Notes under the pieces: model-generated
Seen by the model: the letters and a program-made list of their open reading frames with translations, nothing else
What the model was told of the DNA's origin: nothing
Databases searched by the model: none
In this document: positions 30,802 to 47,259 of the stretch, one piece after another
Position numbering within the stretch: the stretch's first letter is position 1
How the letters are laid out: the number at the start of each line of letters is the position of its first letter
Position numbers and translations under genes: made by a program
Assembly (NCBI RefSeq): GCF_009914755.1
Contig: NC_060932.1
From: the human T2T-CHM13v2.0 reference genome, Homo sapiens
DNA: 64,000 nt
Reading direction: 5' to 3' (one strand)

Positions 30802-32152
30802 TTATATGCCATATTTTCTTTATCCATTCATCTATCAATTTACATTTAGGTTGTTTCCACATCTATGCTATTGTGAATAATGACGCAGTGAACATAGGAG
30901 TGCAGATAATCTGTCTGAGATCCTGACTTCATTTTTGTGTGTGTATATACCTGGAAGTGGAAATTTCTGGATTGTATAGCAGTTCAATTTTTAATTTTTA
31001 GAGGCACTTCTATATTGTTTTCCATAGTAGCTACACTGTTTTCTATTCCCACCAACAGTGTAAAAGGATTTTGATTTTTCCCTGGTGATTAGTGATGTTG
31101 AGCATGCCTATTGGTAATTTGTATGTCTTCTTTAAATAAATGATTATTCAAGTCCTTTGCCCAATTGTTAATCAGGATACTTGTTTTTAAATTCGATTTG
31201 TTTTTGTGAGTTCCTTATGTGTTTTGGATATTTACTCTCTATCAGATATATTGTTTCCAAATACTTTCTTCATTCCATAGGGAGCCTTTTTATTCTGTTG
31301 CTTTCTTTGCTGCACAGAAAGCTTTTTCATTTGATGTAGTCCCACTTGTCTATTTTTCCTTTTGTTGCCTGTGCTTTAGGTGTCATATCCAAGATGTCAT
31401 TTCCAAGACCAATGTCAAGAAGCTTTTCCTTTATGTTTTCTTCTAGGGGTTGTACAGTTTTGGATCTTAGATTTAAGACTTTAAATCCATTTTGAGTTTA
31501 TTCGTGTGTGTGGTGTAAAGTAGGGGTCCAATTTCATTCCTTTGCATGTAGATATCCAGTTTTCTCACCACCATTTGTTGAAGAAGATTCTTTCCCCATT
31601 GTGTATTCTTGGCACCATTGTCAAAGATTAGTTGACCATATATGTGTGAGTTTATTTCATCACTCTCCATTATGTCCCACTGGTCTATACATCTGTCTTT
31701 ATGCCAGTACCGTACTGTTTTAATTATTGTAGCTTTGTAATATATTTTGAAATCAAAACATGTGATGCCTTCAACTTTGTTCTGCTTTCTCAAGACTATC
31801 AAGGTCTTTTGTAGTTCCATATTAATTTTAGGATTGTTTATCCTATTTCTGGAAAAAAAGTCTTTGGAATTTTGATTGTGATAGCATTGAATTCATAGAT
31901 CATTTGGGGGTAGTGTAGATATTTTAACAACACTAAAACTTCCAATTCATTAATGTGGGATGTCTTTCCATTTATTTGCATCTTCTTTAATATATTTCAT
32001 CAATGCTTTGTGGTTTTCAGTGTACAAGTCTTTTACCTCCTTGGTTAGGTTTAATTCCTGAGCAAATTATTCTTTTTGATACTGCTATTAATGGGATTTT
32101 TTTCTTAATTTCCTTTACATAGTTCGTTATTCGTGTATAAAAATGCAACTAG

Positions 32153-32451
32153 GGCTAGGTGCAGTGTTTCACATTTGTATTCCCAACACTTTGGGAGGCT
32201 GAGGTGAGAGGATCATTTGAGCCTAGGAGATCAAGACCAGCCTGGGCAACATAGGGAGACCTTGTCTCAAAAAAAAATTTAAAAACTAGCTAGGCATGGT
32301 GGCACATGCTTGTGGTCTCAGCTACTTCGGAGGCTGAGGTGGGAGGATCGCTTGAGCCTGAAGGTCAAGGCTGCAGTGAGCCATGATCATGCCACTGCAC
32401 TCCAGCCTGGGTGATGGCGTGAGACCTTGTCTCAAAAAAAAAAAAAAAAAA
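32153..32451 (+). mobile_element. AluJ SINE nested in L1
   Basis: Full dimer with A-tail. Confidence 0.93.
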
Positions 32452-35400
32452 GACAATTTTTACACATTGATTTTATGTCCTGCAACTTTACTGAATTCAC
32501 TTATCAGTTTTAAAAGGTTGGTGTGTCTCGTGTGTGTGTGTGTGTGTGTGTGTCTAGTTTTTAGGGTTTTCTACACATAAGATCATGTCATTGGCAAACA
32601 GAGATAGTTTTACTTCATCTTTCCTATTTGAATGCCTTTTATTTCTTTTTCTTGCCTAATTGCTCTGGCTAGGACTTCCAGTACTATATTGAATAGAAGT
32701 GGTGAGAAAGAGCACCCTTGTCTTATTCCTGATCTACAAGAAAAGCTTTCAATTTTTCACTTTTGAGTATGAAGCTGTGAACTTGTCATATGCAGCTTGT
32801 ATTATTTTGAAGTAAATTCCTTCTATACCTAGTTGGTTGAGAATTTCCTTTTTAATCATGAAAGGCTGTTGAATTTTGTTAATTTCATTTTCAAACTATT
32901 GAGAGTAATATGTGATTTTTACCCTAATTTCTTTTAATGTGGTGTATCACATTTATTGATTTGCATATATTGAATCATCCTTGACATATCAAAGATAAAT
33001 CCCACTTGTTCATGGTGTATGATCCTTTTAACATCCCATTGAATTCAGTTTGCTAGTATTTTACTGAGGATTTTTGAATCTATGTGCATCAAGAGTATTG
33101 GACTGTGGGTTTTTTTTATTGTAATGTCTTTGGCTTTGGTATCAGGGTAATGCTGACTTCATAAATGAGTTGAAAGTATTCCCTTCTCTTCAGTTTTTGG
33201 TAAGAGTTTGAGAAGGATTGGCATTCATTCTTTATATATTTGGCAGAATTCACCAGTGAAGCCATTTGGTTCTGGAATTTTCTTTGTTGGGAGATTTGTG
33301 ATTACTGGTTTAATTTCCTTAGTTGTTATTTGTCTGTTCAAATTTTCTATTTCTTTATGAGTCAGTCTTGGTAGGTTGTATATTTCTAGGAATTTCTTCA
33401 TTTCTTGTAGGTTTTACAATTTGTCAGCATATAATGGCTCATAATAGTCTCTTATGTCCTTTATGTTTCTTGGCTTTAGTTATAATTTTTCCCCTTCATT
33501 TCTAATTTTATTTATTTGAGTCTTATCTGCTTTTTTTGGTTAACCTAGCTAAAGGTTTATCAATTTTGTTTAAGTTTTCAAAAAACAAACTCAGTTTTAT
33601 TAATTTTTAAAAATATTCTCTATTTAACTTATTTCTGCTCTAATCTATTATTTTATTGCTCTGCTAACTTTGGGCTTAGTTTGTTCTTCTTTTTCTAGTT
33701 CACTCCCTTTGTGGTTGGAAAAGATACATGATATGATTTCACTTTAAAATAATTTTTCAGACTTGTTTCCTGATCTAACATGTGATCTGTTCCGGAGAAT
33801 GTTCCATGTGCATTTGATAAGCACATGTATTCTGCTGCTGTTGGCTGATATACTGTCTACATGCCTATTAGATCCAGTTGGTCTATAGTATTATTCAGGT
33901 CCATTATTCGCTTATTGATTTGCTGTCTGGCTGTTCTACCTGTTATTGACGGTAGGGTTATGAAGCCTCCTATTATTATTGTATTGCTGTCTATTTCTCC
34001 TTCAGTTATGTCAATATTGGCTTCATATATTTATGTACCCCAATGTTGGTGCATATATATTTATAATTTATATATAATCCTGATGAATTGATCCTTTTAC
34101 CATAATATAATGTCCTTCTTTTTCTCTTGTAAAAGTTTTTGACTGGAAGTCTATTTTGTCTGATACAAGTTTAGCCATTCCAGCTTCCCAATCAAATTCA
34201 TCATTTTTTCCATCATATCTGTGTTCTGTTTCTTGGTTAATTGATTTACTAGTCTTTTAGTCACCAAAGTATAAAACTTGGACTCCTTTCTCTCCTTCAT
34301 GGTCATTAGTTCTGCAGTTCTGTCTCTGAAAGGCCTCTTCAATTTCCTTTCTCCATTCACTTTTCATTTTCTTGATTCAGAGCTTTACTAGCCCATTGCA
34401 TTATGCTCCTAATTGGTCTTCTACTCTCTCGAGCTTCTCAATGTGCCTTTCAATAACTTTGAGTATTTTGCATTAAGAACTTTGATTATTTTGCACTTGT
34501 TATGACATTAACTCTAACTTTATTAATAGAGCAATTAAGGTTCTTTCTAGCCTCAGTATTGTTATTGTTGGTGGTCAAGGGTAGGGCTTTAAAGCACACA
34601 GACCTGGATGAAAACTCCATTTTCACCACTTCCTGTGTAACTTACTCAGACAGATTTCCTAACTTTACTAAGACTAGTTTCCGTATCCACAAAGTGGTAA
34701 TTATGAGAGCAATAATAATTTCCATTTCCTAGAATTTACGTAGGGATTAAATAAGCTATAATCCACTTAAAGTGCCCAGCATGTAGCATACACTTAATAA
34801 GTTAGCTTTCATTTTTATTTTTCTACCATTTCATCCACCATTCCTATTGCCTTGTATGCTATGAGTTTTTCAGATTTCGTCAGTCTTTCTTCCTATGTTT
34901 CCCCTTCTCTAACTGATAAACTTGTTTACTTGTTTTCAAAGTCCGACTTAAATGCCACTTCTTCAGTGAAGGTTTCCTTGGCTGAACTGACTTAATTAAT
35001 CACTCTTTCTTCTGAGTTTCCTGTTGCATATTCATACTAACAATTGGGTTCATAACATTGTAACATAGCTGTATATTTGAAAAGGCTCTTCCCCTTATAC
35101 ATTGTATACATGCTCAAAGGTTGAGACCATATCTGGTCCATCCTTATATCCTCAGTACCTAACAAAGTGTTGAATGAAAGAAAATGCAAATACTTCCATT
35201 TCTATCCTGATTTTAAGCTCTGTTCACCTTGAACTAGTTACCTGAAAATATTGACAGCTGAAGGTCTTTCTCAAGGATAATTTAAAAAATAGTAAATTGA
35301 CAACACACTACTAATTTAGCAGTACTTTAGAAAGTTTGGAAAATGAAAGTAAAAATTTACCCACAATCATGCAGTTGTCACAGAATTTCTATTTTTTTTT

Positions 35401-37073
35401 TGGTGTTTTTCTTTTAATAGTTTAGCTGTATATTTGCATAGCTATAATTCCAGTACATATTTAATTTCTTGTTATGCTTTTTTAAAACACCATTATGTTT
35501 TAGATACTTCATATGCTATTATGGAGCATTTATAACCATTGTTTTAAAAAGCTACTTAAATCTTCAAGTGAGTATTGAACAATTTGAAATTTATTGTTGT
35601 ATATTCCCATCTACCATTTTTCCTCTTTTTGCTAGTATAAATAATGCTGTAGTAAAAAATTGCATGACAGTAGCATTTTATATATGCTGGATTGATTCTC
35701 TGATATACATTTCTCAAAGTGAGATTAATGATTTAAAAGTGATTCACTTCAGTTATATGCCATGCTAGGATTGTAACTACAGTATTTAAACAGACCATTA
35801 ATGAAATTGGAATATATTAGGGTGGAAGGACGAGGAGGGAAATGTCTTTTCAATAAAATTATATATTCTTTAAGAAAAGATACTTTGCCTTACAGTTTTT
35901 TGCTATCTCCTCTTGTAAGAAAGCAATGTTTATTTATTAATATTTATTTACAATTTATTTATTGAGTACTTTAAGTGCTGGGCATATTCAAAAGGATAAA
36001 GCCAGCTCTCAAAAAACTTACAGTTGACTGGGAGGAACAGACATGTAAACAGGCAACTAGACTATACAGAAGTAAAGACTTCAATGAGTGTAAGTGCATC
36101 CATGTATTAAGAAACACACAGAAAGAACAACCAAACATAATGGAGGGTTCAGAGAATTCATTCAGAAAATCCTGGGCTAGTCACGAGAGACACAGTACTG
36201 AAGTTCAGGGAGCTCCAAGTCTGAGAGAAAAGACCGACACATATTTCCAATGGAAACTTATTTTTGTAATGACAATCTTGAAGTACTTAGAAAATACTTT
36301 CCAAATCACTAAGAAAATAGTGAGCCATTAGCAAGTACTTATTGATCATCTATGATGTCCCAACAACCAAGTAAGCTTGGTATGTTTAGCTCTGTTTTAG
36401 AGATGAGAGAACTCAGGTGCAGTACATTTCAAGAATGTGCTCAAGATCACACAACTAGTAAATGATGAAGGAAGTAGTTGTACCAAAGTTTGGAAAGTTT
36501 AGAAAGTTTGGAAAATAAAAGTAAATTTTTTTTTTTAACCCAGAGTTTAACTTTTTTCAAGGAGTTGACAATCTGGATGGAAGGATGACTAATACAGTTT
36601 AAAAATAGAGAATAATTAAACTCAGAATGCTATGCTATAGTAGGGACTATGGGTACAATATTTAGAGGATAGTTTAATGGAGGTACTAATAATTAGACTT
36701 CAAGCAGAGTGTTAGATTTGAGTTAGGTCCTGAGGAAATTTCATAGACAAAGTGGAGAGAAAATACTTGGTCATGGAGTAGCAGAGCAAAATAATGCAGG
36801 GATAAAAAGCAGAATGGTAAGTTCAGGGTATTTTCAATGTTGCATATATTTAACTTCTTCAAATTTAGTAACCCATTTCCAACCATTATGAGCAAATAGA
36901 CTTTATTATGAAAATCTATTTTAGATTTTTGGAGACTTAAAAAAAATCTGTCCTGAAAATTTGGGCACAGTGAGGGTATGCAGTTGATCGAAAGTTCTGG
37001 AATCCAATATGCTTTCTCTACTACCACACTGCTCTGGGCAGGTGAGGTGAGGGTAATGGGGGTGGGAAGAGAG

Positions 37074-37153
37074 AAAGCCTAGAGTACTGGGTATTCTCAA
37101 ACTGTCTCCTTTCCAAGCATGAAGCAGACCCAATTCTGCTTAGCTTCCCAGAT
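37074..37153 (-). pseudogene. Decayed 5S rRNA pseudogene (3' two-thirds)
   Basis: aaagcctagagtactgggtattctcaaactgtctcctttccaagcatgaagcagacccaattctgcttagcttcccagat aligns ungapped to the reverse complement of 5S rRNA (AAAGCCTACAGCACCCGGTATTCCCAGGCGGTCTCCC...CTGCTTAGCTTCCGAGAT). Confidence 0.85.
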
Positions 37154-37797
37154 TGCAGGGCTGTCAGATGGAAAGGAAAAACAAAGTATGTGAAGTTTCT
37201 TTTAAGGTACACACATGTGGATTGGTGTTTCCTTTCTTGGCTGTGGGAAGGCGCCTTCATCACAGTACAAAGGAATGTTCTTGATACTGTGGGGATTTGC
37301 TGGCACAAGTTATAATGTGCCACAGAAGCACCTTTTTTCTCTTTGCAGAGTTCTGTAGGATAGGTGACAGGACAAACACACAATAGGCTTCTGAGATATG
37401 ATGTACAGAGCCTGAAAAGGAAGGGAGATAAATTTGCTCTTTTATCTCAATCATGCTCTTATAATGAAATCATATTGTTAAAAAAAAGCATTTTATAGTT
37501 CATAGACATTAGCTTTTTGGCTAGGATATGAGGGCCGCTCTTTTAGCAGACAGGTAGGCCAGAAGGTGTAGAAAATGAAGCTTAAAGAACTGCTTGATTC
37601 CAAGAGGATTCTTGGAAGGTCATTCAGTAAATGTCCTTAAAATCTATTTGGGAGGTCTTTAAAAATAGGAGTGATAAATTTGTATATTCTTTGACACTTT
37701 TTCACATGTTTCTGCCTACAAATGGATGCAGAGAACTAGATTAGATAACTTCTACTCCAGCCCTGCAAATCTATGCTTACATTTATATCGTTTAGCC

Positions 37798-38017
37798 TCG
37801 GGGTGTCTAATCTTTTGGCTTCCTTGGGCCACACTGGAAGAAGAATTGTCTTGGTCCACACATAAAATACACTAACACTAACACTAACTGATGAGCTAAA
37901 AATAAAATTGCAATAAAATTTAATGTGTTTTAAGAAAGTTTAAAAATTTGTGTTGGGCTGCAATCAAAACCTTCCTGATCCACATGTGGCTCATAGACCA
38001 CAGGTTGGACAAGCTTG
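37798..38017 (+). mobile_element. MER30 hAT-Charlie element
   Basis: ggggtgtctaatcttttggcttcc...ggttggacaagcttg; 8-bp TSD (g/t)tttagcc. Confidence 0.85.
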
Positions 38018-38619
38018 TTTTAGCCCAAAGGAACTGGCCTTTAGATATTTACAAATATTTAGTAGAAAAACATTGAAAGTCTGCCTTGTAAAAATAAAAT
38101 TTCACAATTATTAACATGTTTAAAAATTGGATTCCTAGGATGGAAGTTTTAGAAATTCCTGAAGGGCTTGTTAATTGATACAAACATACCTAAATAATCT
38201 TGTTTCTTTGCAGTAGTGGGGGTACCTTGAGATATTTTGCACTTGAAACCTACATATAAAAACAAAGTCTGCCAATGAGGGCTATGTTCCTTATTATGCC
38301 TCTGCCTTGCATTTGTATTTTGGGCTTGCATCCCTAAATAAATGAGCAACTAATCTTCACAAAACTTGGGTCTTCTGCCAAGTATAGATATTATACGTAA
38401 GTATAGATGTTATGCTTAAAGAGTCATTGCATGCTACTACAATGTTTATGAAGCCTTTACATTCTCTGGTTGTGGTTTCTAAATGCCTCTAGTTAAAGTG
38501 CTGAAATTTCAAGCAAATTGGAAATTGTTACTTCCATATAGGTCTCTTGGGCTCCATTCATTAAGTAAACACCTGCTATGTGCCAGGCACAATTCAAAGC
38601 ATTAAGAATACAATGAGAA

Positions 38620-38751
38620 GGCCGGGCGCGGTGGCTCACACCTGCAATCCTAGCTACTCAGGAGTCTGAGGCAGGAGAATCCCTTGAACCCAGGCGGCGG
38701 AGGTTGCGGTGCCTGCGCAACAAGAGTGAAACTCTGTCTTAAAAAAAAAGA
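38620..38751 (+). mobile_element. Internally deleted AluS (monomer-sized)
   Basis: Left-arm head fused to right-arm body; TSD aagaatac(a/t)atgagaa. Confidence 0.88.
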
Positions 38752-40159
38752 AAGAATACTATGAGAATATGAAAGACATTGTCCTTGTCACTAAATATTT
38801 ATTATCTGAACTCCTAAGCTCTTTAGACAATCCAGTAATAATTTAACATAATTAGAAGAAATTTCCTCAGTAAAAAGCTAAATTGTTTTCAGAATTATTG
38901 TAATACAGTAGAAAATTTGGAAATTGGAAAGGACCAGTGAATGTTTCCTTTTGAGTCAAGAATACATTTTAAAATGACTAGTAGTTCTAGATAAATCAGG
39001 TTTTCCAACTTATTCATAATGTGGAAGAATAGAGTATATTTTCATAGATCTGCAACAGCAGCTTTGGTAAGGGAAGTATGCAACTAAAACCAATTTCAAA
39101 TTTTGTTTCTGATTTCCAGAATGGTTTTCTGTCATAACTCTGGAAAACCAGCGCCATGAATTTTTAAAATTATCATTAGGCAGCTCTGGCATAATTTATG
39201 TTAAGAGGTTTTGGCCTGTTTATGTACCCTGGAATTTGCCAAAATTAGTAATGTGATATTCCATATTTCACAAACCTATAGAGCAATATAAATAAGGACA
39301 CATGCCTATTGGGGAGCACTGTTTGTTTAAATTCTTGTTTTGTGGCATTCATGAAATGCAGGGGACTTCCAATTCAAATTCTACAATATTAGGCAGCAAG
39401 TTGTACTGTGAACCAAACCAGATGGTGATCAGCTCTATTCCTATTATCAATTCAGTGCAGCGATGGTTACCAGATCTTACTTGTGACGTTAACATTTGGA
39501 ACAGATTAGCAGCAGTTAGCCTGAAATAAGAAACCTCCATTTTGCTAAAAGGTTCAGAACATATCATGTTGTAAAATCAGAAAGACTGGTAAGAAAACTT
39601 ATGGAGGAAAGAGTTCACTGTCTACCTTGGTTTTCCCCTGCAGGACGTGTTATTTCCCTTTTATGAGTGTCTATTCAATGGAAATTTAATGTGGGGTATT
39701 GAGAGGATTAGGGCCTATTAGTCTATCACCCTCCTGAGGTGCTCTGTCCCTCAGCTTGTCGAATTTATTTCACTGTAGCCACGATCAGTCTAGGCCTTGG
39801 GACAAGAGGGATTGTCTGCATTTTCGGAGGTTTCCTTTGCAAGAAGTTTATGCACACACATACATACACACAGCCCTTACAAGTTCAGAGTTTCATCCAG
39901 GCTCTGAAATTCATGAAACATTTGAGCTGCCTAGATCTGGCCTGTGGATTTGTATGTAATTGGCTAACTGCTTTGCTTGATCTGTCAATGCCATGTGCTG
40001 TCTACTTCTCACAAATTTTTTTTTCTCTTGGCATCTCTTGGTCAAATCAATTCCCAGGGCTTTTATAGGACCAGGAGAAACCAGGGTGTGTCCAGCATTT
40101 CCAATTTTGTACACAGGTGAAAGCAAGTCAAGGTGAACACTAAAGGGCAGCAAGTTTTA

Positions 40160-40356
40160 TTTATTTATTTGTTTATTTTTTATTATACTTTAAGTTCTAT
40201 GGTACATGTGCACAATGTGCAGGTTAGTTACATATGTATACATGTGCCATGTTGGTGTGCTGCATCCATTAACTCGTCATTTACATTAGGTATATCTCCT
40301 AATGCTCTCCCTCCCCCCTCCCCCTACCCCACAACAGGCCCCAGTGTGTGATGTTC
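40160..40356 (-). mobile_element. Very short 5'-truncated L1PA (about PA4)
   Basis: L1PA 3'UTR; perfect 17-bp TSD aagggcagcaagtttta at 40143-40159 and 40357-40373. Confidence 0.93.
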
Positions 40357-41143
40357 AAGGGCAGCAAGTTTTAGAGTACAGCTATCAGAAAGAAATGTTG
40401 AAATAGACATATGACTGAGTTCAACTTCTATTCTACAGTATAGAAAACTGAGGTACTGAGAGGTTAAAGGATTTTCCCCAAAACACACAGATGATGTGAG
40501 TGGTAGAGGTGATGGGAAAAGGCTGTGAATGTTGCTAATATATCAGCATTCTTTTATGACCATGATTCAGAGACAGATAGGAAAAGGTAGACCCTCTACT
40601 TTCTATACCCAAATGGTGGCAACCCTGCTCTTGTTCTGGTAAGCCAAACAGCCTACCAGAGAAACCATTCAGAGAGACAGCTACCTCTGTGCATTTCTGT
40701 TTATTCTTTAGCCAAGACTTTGCTTCAGGGTTGATTGAAAAGCCTTTTGCCTGCTTCTAGGTGTGATAGGAAATATAAATTCCTCTTTAGGGATGGATTT
40801 TTGAAACCTCTTGCACTGTGCAGAGTTAGGGAGGACAAAAACAATGCCTATTTCCAAGAGGATAAGAATACTTCACCTGGTCTACTTGAACTGAATTTTG
40901 GGATGCGGTTGTTAGGAAAGCAGATAATGAAGTTAAGAGATCTGGAGGAGAGTGACAAGAAGAGGTGAGAGTCGGGAAGGAGAGAGAGAGAGAACCAGGC
41001 AAGGAACAAGTACTACAAGAAGAAGATTGTTCTTTATCATAAAAGTAGAAGAAACATTTTTAAGCATTTCTAACTAAGAATAAATGACATGATAGGATTT
41101 ACATTTTGGAACTATGTGGCTGCAGTCTAGAAGAAGGATTCTT

Positions 41144-42789
<1,646 letters not shown>

Positions 42790-43905
42790 CTGTCAAGAGT
42801 AGATGAAGACTAGTTAGGAGGTTAACACAGGAGGAAATTACATACTTCAGATGGATGAAAACTGAATGAGCTGCTCCTTCAAGTCTTTGTTCTACTCATT
42901 ATCTATATCTACCCATTTCTAAAGCTATATTTTTTAAAATAAAATTTGTTATACCATATATATTAAACTCTGAATTTTTAACTTAACAATTTATTGTGAA
43001 CATTTTCATCATTTTTTCTGTTATTTTTTAATGACCACATAATATTTCCTCATGTGAGAACATCATAATTTATTGAATCATCCCCTATTGATAGATATCA
43101 AAATTCTTAATTTTTCAATGGACACTACTGTAATGACTATCTTTGTAAATATATCTTGCCTATATTCATGATTATTTCATTGGGATAACTTCCTAGAAAT
43201 AACATTTCTGGGACAAAGAGCAATCAAAAGTCTTAAATTTGCTGGACATTGCCACATTGTATAATACATGGCAGCAATTCAAGTTCCTTTGGCAGTACCC
43301 AAGAGACTGCATGTGAGTTGTACCCAAGAGCTGATCTCCAAGAGGCTGCATGTGAGTTGTATGTGTTGTGCAGATCTCCACACTGCATGTGTTGTGATAC
43401 TTTCTTATTGTGTGACATACCTTTTAAATAATCAATGCACCAGTTACTTCTCTTGTACCAGATATTAAAGTTAAAATTTGGAATTGGAAATGAATTGTAA
43501 AATTTGAATTAAAAACCTATTTTTTTAATTAGTGGTAGATCTAGACTGATCAGATTCTCCAACTAATTTATTATGTGATAGAATAGATAAAAGTTTATCT
43601 ATCCATATCCAACAAATACATTTGCTAGCTATCAGTAAATATAATCCCTGCCTGCAAGCAATAAAAAAAAATAGACTTTTAAAGAGCCGTTTTGGTTTCA
43701 TAGCATAATGCAGGTATTTTATAATTATAAAAAAAAAAAGAAAAAAATCAGGGACATAAATATATACGTACTTTTGAAGTGAAAAAATATTTTTCTTTAA
43801 ACTTTTTATAAGGTAATATTATAATTGGTTAATAATTGGAAGTACCTACAATAAGGAACTATTATTTAGTAGTAGCCACAAATATGGTGAAGGTAAATGA
43901 AATTA

Positions 43906-44307
<402 letters not shown>

Positions 44308-44996
44308 TCAATATTCATGAGAATTTGCCCTGATGGAGAAAAGATTTTCAGTGTATTGGCTACCAGAGAATTTTTATTCTTACTGTGGCATTTATGTTTC
44401 TAATAAGATGAACATATGGCAGACTTGAAAGAAAATAATTTCTGTTTAATACAATTACTTTTTGCATGTTTACATGCCACAAACTTTTTAATTAAAATAA
44501 TACCTTACTCTGATTCTTCTTTTTTCTAACTTCAAACACAATTCTGTTAAATACTAGATACATAGTAGGTGCTTGGTAAATGCTTGATTAACTCATTGAC
44601 CTGGAAAGCAGCTGTTAATAGGTTGAAGATTCTCATCATGGATCTGCCTTGCTGTGAAAAGTAGTAGGCATATAACAAAATACTCTTTCTTGGGGCCAGA
44701 AGAGCATGTTTTATATAATCAAAGTGAATGCAATAATTTAAGATTTTATTGATATTGTAGGTAGCAACAGCAACTGTTAACATCTCAGTAACATCACCAG
44801 TTACTATGTGTTTTAAGAAGTCCACTTCTACTACATATTTAAATTTTCTTAACTATCCTGTTTTCTCATAAAAAAATTAATAACATTTTGGCAGAGCCAG
44901 CCAACACAAAAACAATCTAAACATGATTCTAACCAAATCATCAAATAGGAGGCATATATATACGTATATATACATACATATATGTATATATATATG

Positions 44997-45329
<333 letters not shown>

Positions 45330-46842
45330 TAATAGGCCCTTTCCTCTTTCCTACTTGCCGAACACCAAGACGCCTTTGGTGTCTCATTAGACACAACATT
45401 TTCTCTGTTAAATCCTTGTCAACTAACACTTCAGAGGGAGAGTTTAAGATATTACTATTTTCAGGAGTAATTGCATTTTATTAAGAAGATCCTTGAAAAG
45501 AAAAAAAACTTTATGACTTAAAATAGCAATGTATAGCAGGAAGAATTTTAGATAATAAACTATGGGTGCCATGTGGAAAGTTCTTTTTACCTTTGGCAGT
45601 GTTTTCCCAGCATCTCTCAAATCATACCTGATAAGCTGATACCAAGTTGATTGACATCATCTCTCCTTTTTGTCAGGATTTTAAGTTTTTTTTTTTCCAT
45701 AATCTGCCTTTTGTATCTACTGTTCTCCTTTCTCTCCTAAATAAAGAAAAAGCTGGCTTTTTTTCTGTGATCTGCCTTCTGATCCTACTATTTACATGAG
45801 ATTTGTGATGACCCAAAGGCCAAATCCAATGGGTACTTTTTAGTTCCCATCCAGTTTAACAACTTGCTAATGACTTTCCCTTTTGAATTTTTTTTCATTG
45901 CAGCATATCATTCTCTTAGTTCCCTTTCCCCCTCTTCCAATATATATTTTTTCCAAGCACCTTCATTAGCTTTTTCTCTTCTTCCCACATGGCATGTTGG
46001 TACTTCCCACATATTGGCAAGCCTCTTCTCATTTTATCCTAGAGTTTCTCCTTGGGTGATTTCTTTCACTCTCTTGTCTTTAGCTCTTCTCTCAATGCCC
46101 ACTACTCGCTGACAGCCTACTCTTTCTCTGGAGCTCCTGAACATTGCCACGTGTATCCTCTTGAGATGTAAATGAAACAAGCTCAACATCAAGCTCATTA
46201 TCTCCTATTTTTGTCTTCTTTTGCATTTTCTATCTCAATTAGTGGCATCACCATTTGTTCAACAACTCTCCCCTCCCAAATCTGCTAGATAATTCATATT
46301 TATCCTTGAACTCTCACTTCTACATCCAGTTGACCACTGGATTATTTTGTTGGTCCTTCTAAATTTATTTAACAGCTTCTCTCAATCTTCAGTGCTCATC
46401 CTTTAGTTTTTTAGACTTTCACCTCCCCTAACCTGTCTTACTACAAAAGTCTTCTAACTGTAGGCAAAGTACCTACATTGTTCTCTTTCAACAGTAGGGT
46501 TTTGTCACTGCTGCTGGATGTGTTCATTAAATGCCTCTTTATTTAAAATTATGATAGCTCCCCATGCTTACAAGCAAATCTTTCCTTCTTTCATTCATTC
46601 AATTAAAATAATGAATACCTACCAAAAGGCTGAGACTGGGTAAATATTGGTGAACAAAGACTAATACTCTATATTGTTTTCTCTATTCAATGATCTAATT
46701 CCAACTTAATTCTATAATACCCCTTCTCCATACCCCTCCTCACTGCCTCCACCTCACACTGCTTCATTCTTTAAAAGGTATTCTTTACTTCAAGTATTCA
46801 GATGTGTTATACATTCTGCTAAAATATCATGCTCTACCATCC

Positions 46843-47259
46843 TGAAGGCAGTCTTTCAACCCCTTCTTGCTTCATAAGAACAGATCTTGGACCTGGAACA
46901 CTATTTTACCAAGGGTTAAAGAGTTTTCACAGCCTGTGCTGGTCTTGTCATCTTGTGGGGGAATAACCTTCCTGTTTCAGACTTCATGTGCATTCCTTTG
47001 TTCTGCTTAAGCATGTGTGTCATGGCACCTCACCAACCCCACAAGTATATATCTGTCCACTGTGGGGAGGTGACAAGTTCCTTCTGCAATAGCACAAGAG
47101 GGGTGCATCAGGCCAATTGCTTTTCATCAGCTGCTAGGAGGGACCAGCTGGCCATGGGACACTGACACCCACTACTGAAGCCGATCTTGCTGTGTCTCAT
47201 CTCTGTGGAAGGAAAGTAGTATTCCATCCAGTGCTTGACAACTGCAATACCAAGACACA
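46843..47259 (+). mobile_element. Probable old ERV solo LTR (LTR40-like; family uncertain)
   Basis: TG...CA-bounded GC-richer block interrupting L2-like DNA; cattcctttgttctgcttaag and ttccatccagtgcttgac recalled from ERVL-type LTRs. Confidence 0.45.

Larger units (their letters stand above)
29976..34190 (-). mobile_element. Old L1 (L1MA/L1MB-type) 3'UTR plus ORF2, with nested younger elements
   Basis: 3' end aactttattgagatataa...; ORF 31473-31820 ([21 protein letters not shown]) is ORF2-like. Confidence 0.88.

Noticed and set aside
43296-43396. Short repeats with spacers as a CRISPR-like array
   Set aside because: Irregular, only two or three units, eukaryotic context, no cas genes
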